Source: Callorhinchus milii (taxonomy: Eukaryota). Taken from it: a stretch of 64,000 nucleotides of DNA. The stretch is taken from assembly GCF_018977255.1 (NCBI RefSeq), contig NW_024704742.1:79052001-79116000 (forward strand), given 5' to 3'. Positions 12,176 to 25,529 of this stretch are shown one piece after another. The notes under the pieces are model-generated. The model had not been told where the DNA came from, did not search any database, and saw only the letters and a list, made by a program, of their open reading frames with translations. A program made the translations under genes and the position numbers. Numbering within the stretch: position 1 is the first letter of the stretch; each line of letters begins with the position of its first letter.

Positions 12176-12829
12176 AATCCTTGCATTTTATATAGGACCT
12201 TATCACGTCTTCGAGGTATCTCAATGCACCTCACAGAATTTACTGTAAGTGAATTGACTATATATTTTGTAATTGAAATAAAATAATCCTTGAAAGCGCA
12301 ATTCATATTATTAATTCATATTGCAGAACCAAAGAACACATGAGATCACAGCTAGAAATGACTGAAAGCTAGAAATGACTGAACACAGTGAAGTGAACTA
12401 ACGCTTTCACAAATTCACCTTCCACTTCTCAATGTAAAAAGGCAGCTGTCAAAGCCATTCTCATTGCTTTGTTATGATTACTAACACTTATTAGCATTAG
12501 AATAACTTTTAATTTAAAGCCAACATAAAGGTGATCAAGTGATTAATGTGTGGGAGGATGGAAAACAGAAACCAGATTGGGTTTCTGAGAGTAAATGGCT
12601 TTGCTTCAAATGCTATCTACATCAAACCTGTTGAAGACAGCGTTAGACTTCACACACTCTCTCCAAATGATTTATCTTTTATACATAGAGACTGAACAGG
12701 TAATAATCTCTGAAGTAATATCTGATTAAAGAATTCAGAAGATTGGTTTTAATCACACTTGCAGCACTGTCTATCTTTGTAAGTAATTGCTCAACTTAGA
12801 TTAAGACGTCAGCCTGACACAGCATGTGA

Positions 12830-12985
12830 ATTTTTTTTTGGGGTGTCAGCCAAGAGTTTGATACATGGGGAAACCCATCACCATGTTTCAGTGTATCCAA
12901 ACCAAACTGAGAATTCCACCCATCCAACCTACACATGGAAATACTAGAGATATTTGTTGGCATGGAATACGGACTCTCTCATTGA
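12830..12985 (-). mobile_element. 3' fragment of the A-tailed SINE-like family
   Basis: T-run followed by catggggaaacccatcaccatg..ccaaactgagaattcca..cctacacatggaaat, matching 36041-36190. Confidence 0.75.
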
Positions 12986-13019
12986 AGATTACATCCGGCA
13001 TACAGTCTCTGTGGGTCCA

Positions 13020-15095
13020 ACTTCAGAACTTTGTACTCATAGTCTAGGCTGATATTCCAGTACAGAGGTGGTGGAGAGTTACATTGTTGGAGTTGCAATC
13101 CTTCGGATGACAGACCTTCTTGTCTGGTTGTTCAGATGGATGTTAAAGATTCAATGGTTCTTTTCGAAAAGTGAAGGGAGTTTCTCCTAGTGCCAAGGCA
13201 ACAATCCCCAAATAAAAAAATGGTCATTTATTTTCTGGCTGTTTGTGGGACTGTGCCATACACAAATTAACTGCCACCATTGCCTACAAATACACAGTCA
13301 CTAAACTTTACCCCTGCAACTGCAACCTCCTCCCCATCTCCTCCCACCCAGCCCTCCTTCCACACCTTTGAAACCATCTGCTCCTCTTCTCTCATCACCA
13401 ACATAACCCGTAAGAAACCCACCACCTGCTCCCTCGACCCCATCCCTAAACCCATCTTTATCTCCCAGCTCAACCTCCTTGCCCCTATACTCACAGACAT
13501 TGTTAACCTCTTCCTGTCCTCTGGTATTGATCCCACCCCATTAAAAAATGCTGTCATTACTCCTATCCTTAACCCCCTCTCTTGGACCCTTCTCTACTCC
13601 CTAAATACTGCCCCATCTCCAACCTCCCCTTCCTCTCCAATAAGTTGTTGCTTTTCAGCTTCACTCCTTCCTGTCCCGCCAATCCAATTGGGTTTCTGTG
13701 CTGCCCACAGCACAGAAACTGCCCTGCTCAAAGTGACAAATGATATTCTGTCCATCTGAGACCAGGGCTCCCTCATCTCCTCCTCTTCCTTGATCTCTCT
13801 GCTGCTTTTGAATCCATTTACCACTCTATCCTCATCCACCACCTCTCCTCTTACCTCATCCTCCACAGCGCTGTACTTGACTTGTTCAGATTGTACCTCT
13901 CACACCGCCTGCACTTCATCTCCTCAAATGGTTTCTCCTCTATCCCCTGAACTGTCTTGTGCAGCGTTCCTCAGGGCTCTGTCCTTGGTCCCCTCCTCTT
14001 CAACATACATATGTTCCCTTTTGGTGACATCATCCGCAGACGTGGGGTCAACTTCCACATGTATGCGGATGACACCCAACTCTACCTCTTGGCCTCCACT
14101 CTTGACTCCAGGACCACTCCTGTCCTGACAGAATGTCTGTCAGACATCAAATCCCGGATAAGAGCTAACTTTCTTCAGTTGAACTTCAACAAGACCGAGG
14201 CTCTCCTGATTGGCTCCCATCAGCGCCTCCACACCTCAGGCGCTGACAGCATCACCATCTATGGTTGCAGACTCCATGTCGCTAAGCCAGTCCAGAACCT
14301 TGGGGTCTTGTTTGACCCTCAACTATCCTTTGTACCCCACATCTGCTCCATGACCTGTTCTGCTTCCCCCACCTCCGCAATGTCACTCGCCTCTGACATT
14401 GTTTCATACCGCAGGCTGCCGAAACCCTCATACACGCCTTCATTACATTGAAGCTCGACTATGCAAACTCATTGCTGGTCAATCTCCCCAACTCCTCCAT
14501 CCATAGGCTGCAGATCATCCAGAACTCTGCAGCCCATGTCCTCTCCCACACTAGGCTCCATGACTCTATCACCCCCATCCTTGCCCAACTCCACTGGCTT
14601 CCCATCACACAGAGGATACAGTTCAAGAGCCTGGTGCTCACCTTCAAAGCCCTCCACGGTCTTGTTCCCCCCTACCTCCCCGTCCTCCTAATCCCCTACC
14701 ACCCTGTTCGCTCCCTCTGCTCAGCGGGCTCCAGCCTGCTTCACATACCCGCATTGCTCGCCCCACCATCAGAGGGCGGGCCATCCGCCACTCTGCTCCC
14801 ACCCTCTGGAACTCCATCCCGCACTCCCTACGTCTTGCCCCCTCCCTCACCACCTTCAAGACCCACCTCAAGACCCTCCTCTTCGACCGTGCTTTCGATC
14901 TCCCTGCTTCCCCCCCTGCCCTTCCTCACCCGAACCCTCAGCTCAGGTCCATAACTCTGTCTGTCCAGCGCCTTGGGACGTCCAAGGCGCTATACAAATG
15001 TAATTTTGTTATTGTTGTTGTTTACAGAAAACTCTGTAAAGCTCTTTGAGAAGTTTTGAACTTATAAGGTGCTATATGAAACACAATGAACATTA
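13020..15095 (+). mobile_element. Old Deu-type SINE interrupted by an L2
   Basis: SINE body at 13020-13311 resumes at 15021 (tttacagaaaactctgtaaagctctttgag); TTTAC flanks both L2 ends. Confidence 0.7.
13312..15020 (+). mobile_element. L2 LINE, 5'-truncated, frameshifted RT
   Basis: KPTTCSLDPIP, HSTETALLKVTND, VPQGSVLGPLLF, HMYADDTQLY, LDYANSLL, LHWLPI; (TTG)n tail. Confidence 0.95.
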
Positions 15096-15296
15096 TCATT
15101 TATTATAAGAGACTAAATTAAAACAACTTTAAACTACAGCAGTAAATATATTTTTAACTTTCATGTGATTTTTTTTCACAAACCGTATATCTTATACATG
15201 TGAAAATCCATCACCATGCTTAAGAGTATCCAAATCAAGCTGATGCATCTCACCTACATATTGAGATACCCTTATAATATTTCAGAGATATTTGTT

Positions 15297-17275
15297 ACAT
15301 AAGAACATAAGAACATAAGAAATGCGAGACGAAAAAAGACCAAGCTCCATCTAATTCGCCTTCCACCTTCCTGGAGGTCACATGCACATATGTCCCAAAC
15401 TACCTATGTACTATATCCCTTTATGTTATTTCCTAAAAGAAAAGTATCTAATCTGTGTTTGAAAGAATCTACACTTCCTGCTTCAACCATCTCCTTAGGA
15501 AGGCTGTTCCACAGGTCCACTATTCTCTCACTGAAATAGTGTTTGCGTGGATTTGTTCTGAATTTAACCCTCTTCAATCGTAGTCCATGTCGTCTGGTTT
15601 TATTATTCTGAACAAGTTGAAACAGCCTGTCATGATCTATATATATATATATATATATATCTGTAGCTCAGTGGTTAGAGCACTCGCTTTGCAAGTGAGA
15701 GACCTGAGTTCAATTCCAGACAGGGCGAAACCTTGGGCAAGTTTCCTTACTCCACACACCTAATAATAATCCCTCCAAACCCCAAAACAATAATAAATTG
15801 GTCATTTTCAATCTACGACTGTTTGTGGGACATTGCTGTGCGCAATTGGCTGCTGCGTTCGCCCACAAATATACAGTCAATTCACTTTACAGTGTGTTCT
15901 GTGAAGCTCTTTGGGACGTCCTCCCGACGTGAAAAGCGCTATATCAAATGCAAGGTTTATTATTATTATTATTATTATATTGTCCAGCCCCTTTAGAATC
16001 TTAAAGACAGCAATCATGTCGCCTCTCAAACTGCTCTTTTCCAGTGTGAACATACCCAATTTACTTAGTCACTCCTCATAGTCCAGTCCTTCCATTCCCT
16101 CAATAATTTTGGTTGCCCTCCTCTGTTATCTTCTTGATTTCTCCAATATCACTTTTGTACTGCGGCAACCAGAACTGTACACAGTACTCTACGTATGGCC
16201 TCATCAATGATTGATACAGTGGCAGATTACCCCTCTATTTTAGCTTGCTATTGATCTTTTGATACATCAAACATCTGGTTTGCTTCATGCACTGACACAG
16301 AGCATTGTTGGGAGAGCTTCAATTTATTGTCAATCAGGCCTTCCAGGTCCTTTTCATTTTCCATACATATTATTTATCTTTTGTTCAAATAATAATCCCT
16401 TCCAGGATTTTTTGCCCCCATGTGATGTACTTTACATTTCTTCACATTGAGTTTTCGTCTGCCACCAATCTGCCCAATTCCCAACTAGGTTCAAATCCTC
16501 CTGTAACTTATCTTATTCAGCTTCACAATCTACCACCTTCATTAGTTTGGTATGATCTACAAACTTAGCCACTGTGCTTGCAACTCCTAGTTCCAGACCA
16601 TTTATACAAATATTAAACAAAAGAGGTCTCAAAACAGACCTTTGTGGAACTCCATTGGTAACATTTTCCCAGTCTGATGACATTCCCTGTATCACCACCC
16701 TCTGGGTTCTTCTGGTAAATCAATTGCATATCCATTGTAATACACTCCACTGATTCCCACTTTCTTTACATTCAGTACCAGCCTCTCAAGAGGAACTGTA
16801 TTAAAGGCTTTACTGAAATCCAGATATACATCATCCACAGTCTTACACTTATCAAGTCCCTTGTCACGCCATCAAAGAAAACCAGTAAATTAGATTCCCT
16901 TCATGAACCCATTGGCTATCATTTATGATTTTATTTCTGTCCAGATGCTCCATGATTTTATCTTAATAAGTCTCCATAATTTTATCCGCAATGGACGTCA
17001 AATTTACAGGTCTATAGTTTCCTGGGTTAATTTTGTTACTTTTCTTAAAAATAGGAGTAACATCCGCCTTTCTCCAGTTCCCTGGCACCTCGCCAATACT
17101 CAGTGTTTTTTTGAAAAATTTGTACCAGCGTTTCTGCGACTTCTTCCCTTAGTTCGTTAATGATCCTCAGAAGCAATTTATCCGGCCCCTGAGATTTATT
17201 TACCTTAAGTTTACACAGCTGTTTGGTAACCATGCTGGTAGTGATATAAATATTGTCGCAACTTTACTCTGCAAC
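15297..17275 (-). mobile_element. CR1 LINE, 5'-truncated, decayed RT
   Basis: (ACATAAGA)x3 terminal octamer repeat; LKVNKSQGPD, GVPQRSVLRPLLFNICIN, KFVDHTKL (FADD-like), LEKSSLRGDMIAVFKILKG. Confidence 0.92.
15661..15978 (+). mobile_element. Young tRNA-Ala SINE nested in the CR1, preceded by (TA)n at 15638-15660
   Basis: Near-identical to 50263-50590; lacks about the first 8 nt. Confidence 0.95.
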
Positions 17276-18017
17276 ATTTGTTGGAATGGAATGCATACTC
17301 TCTCCCTGGGGGGACACATCATGCTTACCTAAATAAAAGTGGTCACTCACTCCATGGCTGTTTGTGGGACACTGCTGTGCACAACTGGCTCCTGNTTTTT
17401 ATCCACAAAATACATAGTGAATCCACTTTACGGTGTATCCTGTGAAGCACTTTGAAACATCTCAATGACGTGATAAGGCGCTATATCAAATATATTTATT
17501 AAAGTGCTTAATAATAATAACTTAAAGACTCCATCAAAAACATAGCTAATGATCTGGAAATAAATAATTAACAAATGCACTTGTATTTAATATTTTTAAT
17601 GACTAGAGCAGGTAATGGATGTAGTTCTAGATCAAGCTAAAATCAATCAGATTTGAAATTGAACTCCCCTTCTCAACTCAACATCTACTTAAAGTGGCAC
17701 TTCTGACACCATATTGCATAACACAGTTATAATGAAATATCATAGTAATCCCACAACAACACCTCTTACCCCACTTACCACAAAGAATTCATGCTCTACA
17801 TTGATCTCTTGAAAATTGTCTGCTTTATCCATTGCAGACTCTTGCTTGCCCCCCACATTGGTATGCAAGGCTTCCCTGGATGATTGCTAAGTGCTTCTTG
17901 AATCAATTGCTCAGGAAACCTTGGAGAATGGTCCAAAATGTGTTCACATAGCAGCTCAGATGCTCTCAGGAAAATGCCTCAAGACTTCCTAAATCAATAG
18001 CTCAAAGGTTTCTGCTA

Positions 18018-18160
18018 CCTTGTTCTGATGAAAGGTCACCGAACTGATACGTTAACTCACTTTCCTATCTCCATCAATGCTGCCTAACCTGCTGAGTGCT
18101 CCCAACCACTTTTGTTTATAGTTCAGATTTCCAGCATCTGCAGTACTGTGTCTGTTTTTT
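18018..18160 (+). mobile_element. Penelope-like element terminal repeat remnant with a degenerate minimal hammerhead ribozyme
   Basis: GTT-CTGATGA-AAGGTCACCGAACT-GATAC-GTT-AAC followed by ..GCTGCCTAACCTGCTGAGT..CAGATTTCCAGCATCTGCAGTA, as recalled for shark Penelope termini. Confidence 0.6.
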
Positions 18161-18304
18161 TCCTTCCTCTGTTGGGCTCTCCTGGGTTTATTCTTTTTCA
18201 GAGACTTCTGCTTCCACATTCACAACCATTTGTGTCTGGTAAGATTACCTAAGTGATTAAACACATCAGATTGGTGCAAGAATTTCAATACATGATAGTT
18301 TAAA

Positions 18305-18484
18305 TAATAATTTGTTCACTCAATGCAAAACTGTTTGTGGGACACTGCTGTGTGCAATTGGCTGTTGAGTTTCACCCTCAAAATATACAGTCAATTCATT
18401 TTACACTTTCTTCTGTGAAGTGCTTTGAAATGTCTCAAAGACGTGATAAGGCGCTATATCAAATCCAAGAGTTATTATTATTAT
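18305..18484 (+). mobile_element. SINE 3' half
   Basis: GTTTGTGGGACACTGCTGTG..GATAAGGCGCTATATCAAAT..(TTA)n. Confidence 0.8.
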
Positions 18485-19659
18485 TTAAATCAATTTTTTG
18501 TATTGTGATTTGGAGCCCAAAACATCTTTCTTCAGGTAAAGGCTGAAATCAGTCTAAATAAGTAAACTAATTCAGATAACTTTTGAATTTGTAGTTCTGT
18601 TTGGGCTGGCACCTCTGCTTTTGATATATCTAAACCAGAAAAGGTAAAGGAAGATTATCTAAGCAGACAATTTTTTTGCGATAAATATAACATATTTGGT
18701 GCATTGTTATTTGTAGAGTGAATTGTTGCACTCCTCTAACAGAAACTGACACACTCGATGCTAAATCAAATGAAAGATAAAGAAGGAAAGCTCCAGGGGA
18801 CAAAATAAATAAAAAATGTAGACAAGTTTTCAGACACAAATTAGAAGCTACAATGTGTTGAGAGAACTTTTTCCAGGGCTCCACAGGTTACTGAAGTGAT
18901 ATGTGCCTTTTGATCTGATGATATGTTGCACAATATCATATCATCCTATCTAAAGCCTATTTGAAAATATATTTCTTTCTTACCAAAAGCTTAAATGTGT
19001 TACACGGTACTTTGAGTTGTCGATTTCCAAAACTACAGGCCAAAACTTAAAAAGATGGTTTAACTACAAGTCTCCAATAGAAATGTATGTATCTGCACAT
19101 TACTGGGACTAAAGTGGTTTTCTTTTAATTAAATTTGATTCAGAACAGCCTGAAGCCTTAAAATAAAACAGCTAAAACAAGCACTAATTTCACTGTTGCT
19201 AAGATTAATACATAAATCATGAGTTCTTACAAAAAAAACTCTTTATTTCCATTAAATTATTCAAAACAGCTTGTATCCACTTTCCATATTATTTCAATAT
19301 TGTAAAATCGGGTGCAGTTCATCCCATTGAAATTAGAATGAGAATATAAAACTGACAAAATTTACAACCTTTTTCTGGAGTGTGATATATATAAATTCTT
19401 TAAATTAAAACTTGACGTTTCATTTGAATGTATGTGCTAAATAGCAATCTCCCAAGAGAAGGGAATGGAGATGAGCTTTTGTGTATTTCTTTGCTTCCAC
19501 TGAATTAAGATAATTGTAACCAGAACTACGTAAGCAATGTTTTTAAATTAAAATATATTTAGTGTTCCTTATTCTGTTAACTTTGTGTCAAGTGTTAATG
19601 TATTTGTCTGCTTTGGATACTCTTAAAGATGATGACGGGTTTTCATATACAGTATTGCA

Positions 19660-20008
19660 AAATATAATAACTACATATTTTGTAGGATGCCATAGACAAT
19701 TTGTACACAGCAATGTCTAACAAACACCAAAGAGCTAATGACCAATTCTATTTGTGAGAATGTTGGCCAGGACACTGGGAGAAACTACTTTCTCTTTTTA
19801 AATAGTGCCATGGGATCTTTAACGTCCACCTGAACAGACAGAAAGGACCATGGTTTAACATCTCATCCAAAGGGCAGCATCGCCATGAATGCAGCACTGC
19901 ATTACAGCGTCAACCTCAGACTTTGTGAAGTTCAAAGTCCCGACATAGGGCTTGAAACCACAACCTGCTGATTCAAAGGTGAGAGTGCTATCAACTGAGC
20001 CAGGCTAA
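19660..20008 (-). mobile_element. Old Deu-type SINE
   Basis: aatagtgccatgggatctttaacgtccacctgaac core; head ending gagagtgctatcaactgagcca. Confidence 0.75.
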
Positions 20009-20837
20009 CATTGACAGAATTTTGGATACAACATGCAGCTACTTTCCATTTCTCTTGCTTCTGTACCTTGCCAGCAGAAGGGTGGGAGGGATGGCGGAGT
20101 GACATAGAACAGATGATGAAGAATTTCTCACTAATTTGCACATATTGGTCAGTTTTCCCAGTTCTGCCACAAAATATTACACAAAAATGAAAAATAGCTC
20201 CATAAGCTTTGTTAGTGGTTTCCTAGCCAAATATAAAGCTGTGCCTGGAGACTGGGGTTTTGAGAATAGCAGTGATTTGGTTGGTCCCTGTCAAGCTATC
20301 AGACGAATATATGCATCACAAATTAAAACAGAAGAAAAATTAGAGCATATTAAAAAGGATTACAAAACCTCTAGTGTTCTTTTTATTCCCAATCTTCACG
20401 CAGGCAGAACTTTCGCCAGTTGGGAGGGTGCAGTGTTGCCAGTCACAGATGTCTCACCACTGACTCTAAATTGCTGTACAGTCATCTAACTCGGTAGGAC
20501 ATAGGTCAGGACATACGTTTGAATGGATGTAATTAAACCAAGGAGGAGCATGAAGAAGGTTCTTTAGTGTGTCAAGTGCAGATGTCCTGAGCTAACAACG
20601 ACATCAACAACAATAAAATTACATTTGTATAACCTCAAGTGAATACGAAAATGTATCACATTCACAGATGTTGCCATCTAAGAAGATAGCAGGTTTTCTG
20701 CTGTTTTAATTTAATCATCAAAGCAGAAGGCAATAGAGTTTACATAACATACCCCGAGGTTCAAAACAATTAATATGTTTGAACATTTAGCATCTTACAA
20801 ATCCTTGAAGCTGAAGGGGATACAGTTACAGGATTCT

Positions 20838-21048
20838 ATTTTTTTTAGTCTGCCAGGTATTTGACACATGCGAAAATACATCCCCATACCTACACATGGA
20901 CATTTACCTATGTCTGGAATGGATTGTATACTCTCTCCTTGGAGGGACTCACTCTGCTAACCTAATTCCAGAAAGCATTTGCCACAGGTTGGCAAGAGCC
21001 AAGGCTTGGACACTCCAGAGTTTGCGTTGAGGTATTGCTGGAGTTTAT
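20838..21048 (-). mobile_element. A-tailed SINE-like family, 3' part with an internal deletion
   Basis: T-run, cctacacatgga, ctctctccttggaggga, gcaagagccaaggcttgg match 36041-36300. Confidence 0.75.
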
Positions 21049-21089
21049 AGTATGGAAAGGGAACTATGATATCTAACAACTAGAACAGC

Positions 21090-21335
21090 CAGGTAGATCC
21101 TTAGGTCCAGTCTGCATGTTCAGCTGGATGTTAAAAATCCCATGATACTTATTCAAAAAGGGAAGGGAGTTTCTCATGGTGTCACGGCCAACAATCCACA
21201 AATAAAATTGGTCATCGACTTCATGAATGTTTGTGAGACATTGCTGTGTGTAAATTGGCTGCCGCATTTGCCTGCAAAATATATAGTCACTTCACTTTGT
21301 AGCAAAATCCAGTAAAGCACTTTGAGACATTTTAA
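21090..21335 (+). mobile_element. Old Deu-type SINE fragment
   Basis: ttcagctggatgttaaaaatcccatg core plus tail. Confidence 0.65.
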
Positions 21336-22182
21336 CAATTAGTTATTTGTAATGAAAGGGTTAGTATTATATAGTATATATTTGTCCTCATGACTCTGCA
21401 TCTGCTATTCTCCAGTTGCTATGCCATAACAATGTAATTCAAAATGGTTGAACAATAAATGTCAAACACAGTTCTGCTTTGAATGCAGTCATAAGAAGGT
21501 GGGGGTGGGTCATTTGGGGCACGTCAATGAGACATAAATAAGTGTGCAAACATATGAGGTACCATGTGACGCGACATAACAGATAGAAATGATTATCATT
21601 GTGTGGATATAGAAGCAACTACACAACTGGAGGAAATGAAATGTATTCATCTTTAATGGTTTATCAGTGGACCAGTATTCAATAAGCTTATTTCAGACTT
21701 CTAGTCGGCTAGGTACTTATTACTTTAGGAACATGCTCATATCCAGGACAAATGGATAATTAAACAGTCATAAGATGAAGCTTGCCTGTACAGTAATGTA
21801 TTTAGAGGCAATACAAATGCTATATTGAAAGTCAATAGACACTGAAATGATCTTTTACAGCACAGCAACATCTCTTCACTGCTTATTAATGCTACTTTAT
21901 CTTGAATTATCAATAGTCTCCCATACTCGGAAAATATGCCAAGCACACAAAATAACAGAACGATTACAACACTAATCTTATGCAGGTTTTCACAAAGCAT
22001 CGGAGACTAAGAGCAAATATGATCCAGTTGATAGCCATTGTTTGAGCACAGTGATAAGATTATTACCTTGGAACTGTTCCAAACTATTTGCCTTTGGTTT
22101 TTACAGGGCAGTTTATTCAATTATCTTCGAGATGTGGGTCACTGAATTATTCCACGCACATCTGATAAAATGAAGCCTCAAA

Positions 22183-22497
22183 GCTTGTAGCTCAGTGGTT
22201 AGAGCACTGGCTTTGCAAGTGAGAGACCTGAGTTCAATTCCAGGCACAGGGCGAAACCTTGGGCAAGTTTCCTTACTCCACACGCCTAATAATAATCCCT
22301 CCAAAAACCAAAAACAATAATAAATTGATCATTTTCAATCTACGACTGTTTGTGGGACATTGCTGTGGCAATTGGCTGCCGCGTTCGCCCACAAATGTAC
22401 AGTCAATTCACTTCACAGTGTGTTCTGTGAAGCGCTTTGGGACGTCCTCAGACGTGAAAAGCGCTATACCAAATGCAAGGATTATTATTATTATTAT
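22183..22497 (+). mobile_element. Young tRNA-Ala SINE
   Basis: Near-identical to 50263-50590. Confidence 0.95.
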
Positions 22498-23419
22498 AAA
22501 GCAGTTTGACAAGAATGCAGGGAAAATTATATTATTTTATATTACTCCTGCATAAAGGAGGGGAATATGGCGATATCACATTTGCCCACTTTATGCACCC
22601 ACGAGTGTCCTCACCCTGGTTCCATGACTCACTATACTATTTTTGAGACTCCGTGAGTTTGATTAATCACTCCACTGCAGGAAGTTTCAAAACAATGCTC
22701 ATCCATTTATGTGTAAAGGCAACCACATTGACAATTAAATATTAACAAAGCACTTTCCATGCCTATTGTTAATTTTTAAACAAAACTAAATATTCACATC
22801 GGGAATTGGTGTTTTGCTATTAATCCCATTTCTCCAAGATTTCCTAAATGCTCTGAGATACTACACATGTGAAGGGCGTTATGTAAATGCAAGTTGTTGC
22901 TGTTTTACTCTGGCTCAGTAGTAATCTGTTCATCTACAAATCACGTCATGCCCTAGTTCTTCTCGACAACTCCAACATGGTCACATTCAACATCTCTACC
23001 CAGCTCATGCCTTATGAGCCACCTTGATCTCTCTGCTTTGCCACCACACCCAACAATCCCTGCCTTAATCCTTCCCCTTACCCCCTCTGTACCAGCTTCA
23101 GATTGCACCTCAAGACAAAGCCAAGGTGTCAAACTATGCCATTGTTCAGTGCTCTGAAACCCTATCCCATGTAAATAAATACAAATTGATGTTGCTATGA
23201 TGACACAATGTTATTATTATTTTGACTGATAAGCACAAGACAGACCCCCAAATACATAAAGATAATACTTTATTGGGATCATTGTCATTTGGACATTCTT
23301 AGGTTTCCTCAACAGTTGTAAATCTGTATTCCAATTGTTGTTCCATCATATCTTCTATTTATACAATGGATCTCTGGAGTAATGTGATATCTTCAATCTG
23401 TTACCATTTTTTGGAACCT

Positions 23420-23697
23420 GATACCTGTTTACAGTAAGTAAGTTGCAGTAAGTAGGAACCCAGTTGTTTGTCGATTGGTGGATCACTTTTCCGGGAGAAT
23501 AATTCTTTCAAAAACAATAATAAATTGGTCACTTCAATCCACGACTGTTTGTGGGACACTGCTGTGCGCAATTGGCTGCCACGTTTCGTCCACAAAATAT
23601 ACATTCAATTCACTTCACAGTATATTCTGTGAAGCGCTTTGAGACATCTCGAAGATGTAATAAGGCCCGCTATCAAATGCAAGTATTATTATTATTT
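23420..23697 (+). mobile_element. Intermediate SINE, 5'-truncated
   Basis: cagtaagtaggaacc..gtcgattggtggatc block plus tail. Confidence 0.8.
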
Positions 23698-24527
23698 TTC
23701 CATGTGCCAACTTCATTTTGTTTATTTTTGTCACCGACAAAATAAGGTCACTATACTAAAGGAAATCTTTTGAAGCATTTTGAGACATCCTCCCAATGTG
23801 AAAGGTGCTATATCAAATGTAAAGATTATTGCTATTTTATTACTTGTGGCTACTCATTTTATTGTTGTCTTAGGGACATTGCTGCCACAGATCAGCTGCC
23901 TTGTTTCCCCCTATAATAGCATTTACTTAATCTCAAATCAATTCTCTTTGTTTATGATTATGTGAAAGGATCTATAGAAATGCAAAATATTGCTGTTATT
24001 GTTGAGTTACTCGATGAGTCAATCTTGTGCATGATTATCAGTCTATTACTGACTCTTAGTGAGTGTTCTGTCCAATTCTAAGGTATTGGCTCCTCCATCA
24101 TCTTCATCTCGATGCCTGAAATAATCCACTTACAACACTTATACCATACCAAAAAGGACACATATGCACATTTGTTGGTGTACGCTACACAAGTATACTA
24201 GAACAGTGGATGGTTATAAAATGAATGATCACTTTATCTTGAGACAGCAGTTGCTAGACGACCAACATGGACATTTAGCGTAACATTAGGTTACAATGGT
24301 AACAGTCTCCACCTTGTACCATCAGAGTACATTAAATAGAAGCACCCACAGCCCATTGTTTTGGTCAACCTGCAGACAGCCAACAGGAGGGCAGGTCTGG
24401 GAATCAGCGAGGCCCCGAGTCTCCAACCAAAGTTGTTTCAAGTTGAAGAGCGTATGGTGGAAACCCCCAATTTACGTATTTTTTCTATGTTGCAGATATA
24501 AGAGGAAATTATGCAAATTGGTAGTCT

Positions 24528-24640
24528 TCTGTTCTAAAAAAAGGTTACATCCAAAATATTAATCAGTCTTTCTCTTTCGGATACTGACTGACCTCCTGTT
24601 CATTTTACAGGCAATTTTGCTTTAATTTCACATTTCCAGT
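24528..24640 (+). mobile_element. More diverged Penelope-like terminal remnant
   Basis: GTTCTAAAAAAAGGTTACATCCAAAATATTAA..TTTCTCT..GATACTGACTGACCTCCTG..TTTCACATTTCCAG is collinear with 18018-18140. Confidence 0.4.
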
Positions 24641-24807
24641 GCGCAACTGTGCCACTATGTTGGATTTGACAGCAAAGTAACTTGGGCAGGGTAAGGATAC
24701 ATGTGACTGGAAGTTTTGGGCAATGTGATGCTTAACAGGAGGCTGGTGCTTTCTTACAGGAAGTATCTCTAATATCTGCAAAGAAACAAACTCCATGTGC
24801 GCAAGCA

Positions 24808-25522
24808 AACAACAACAACAAAATTACATTTGTAAAACACCTTTCTCATTGGGAGGACGTACCAAGGCGTTGAACAGAGAGAGTTACGGACCCAAGCTGA
24901 GGGTCGGGGTGGGGGAGGGCTGGGGGGGAAGCGGGGAGATCGAAAGCATGGTCGAAGAGGAGGGTCTTAAGGTGGGTCTTGAAGGTGGCGAGGGAGGGGC
25001 GAGACGGTGGGACTGCAGGATGGAGTTCCAGAAGGAGGGTGCAGAGTGGCGGGAGGCTCACCCGCCAATAGTGGGGCGAGCAAGGCAGGGAATGTGAAGC
25101 AGGCTGGAGCCCGCTGAGCGGAGGGAGCGAACAGGGTGGTAGGGGGTTAGGAGGTTAGAGAGGTAGGGGGTAGCAAGACCATGGAGGGCTTTGAAGGTGA
25201 GGATCAGGATCTTGAACTGCATCCTCTGTGTGATGGGAAGCCAGTGGAGTTGGGCAAGGATGGGGGTGATAGGGTCGCGGAGCCTGGTGCGGGAGAGTAC
25301 ACAGGCTGCAGAGTTCTGGATGATCTGCAGCCTGTGGAGGGAGGAGTTTGGGAGGCTGACAAGCAGTAAGTTTGCACAGTTGAGCCTCGATGTAATGAAG
25401 GTGTGTATGAGGGTTTTGGGGGCTTGTGGTGTGAGACAGTGTTGGAGCCGGGCGACGTTGCGGAGGTGGAGAATAGTAGAGCCGGTCATAGCGCAGATTT
25501 GGGGTAAAAAAGGATAGTTGAT
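24808..25522 (-). mobile_element. L2 3' fragment
   Basis: ORFs with HLRNVARL, LQIIQNSAA, LHWLPI; (TTG)n tail. Confidence 0.93.
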
Positions 25523-25529
25523 AAACTAA

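Larger units (their letters stand above)
15168..17335 (-). mobile_element. A-tailed SINE-like family copy split by a CR1
   Basis: 15168-15296 plus 17276-17335 are collinear with ~36041-36215; ATTTGTT is duplicated at 15290-15296 and 17276-17282. Confidence 0.7.
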
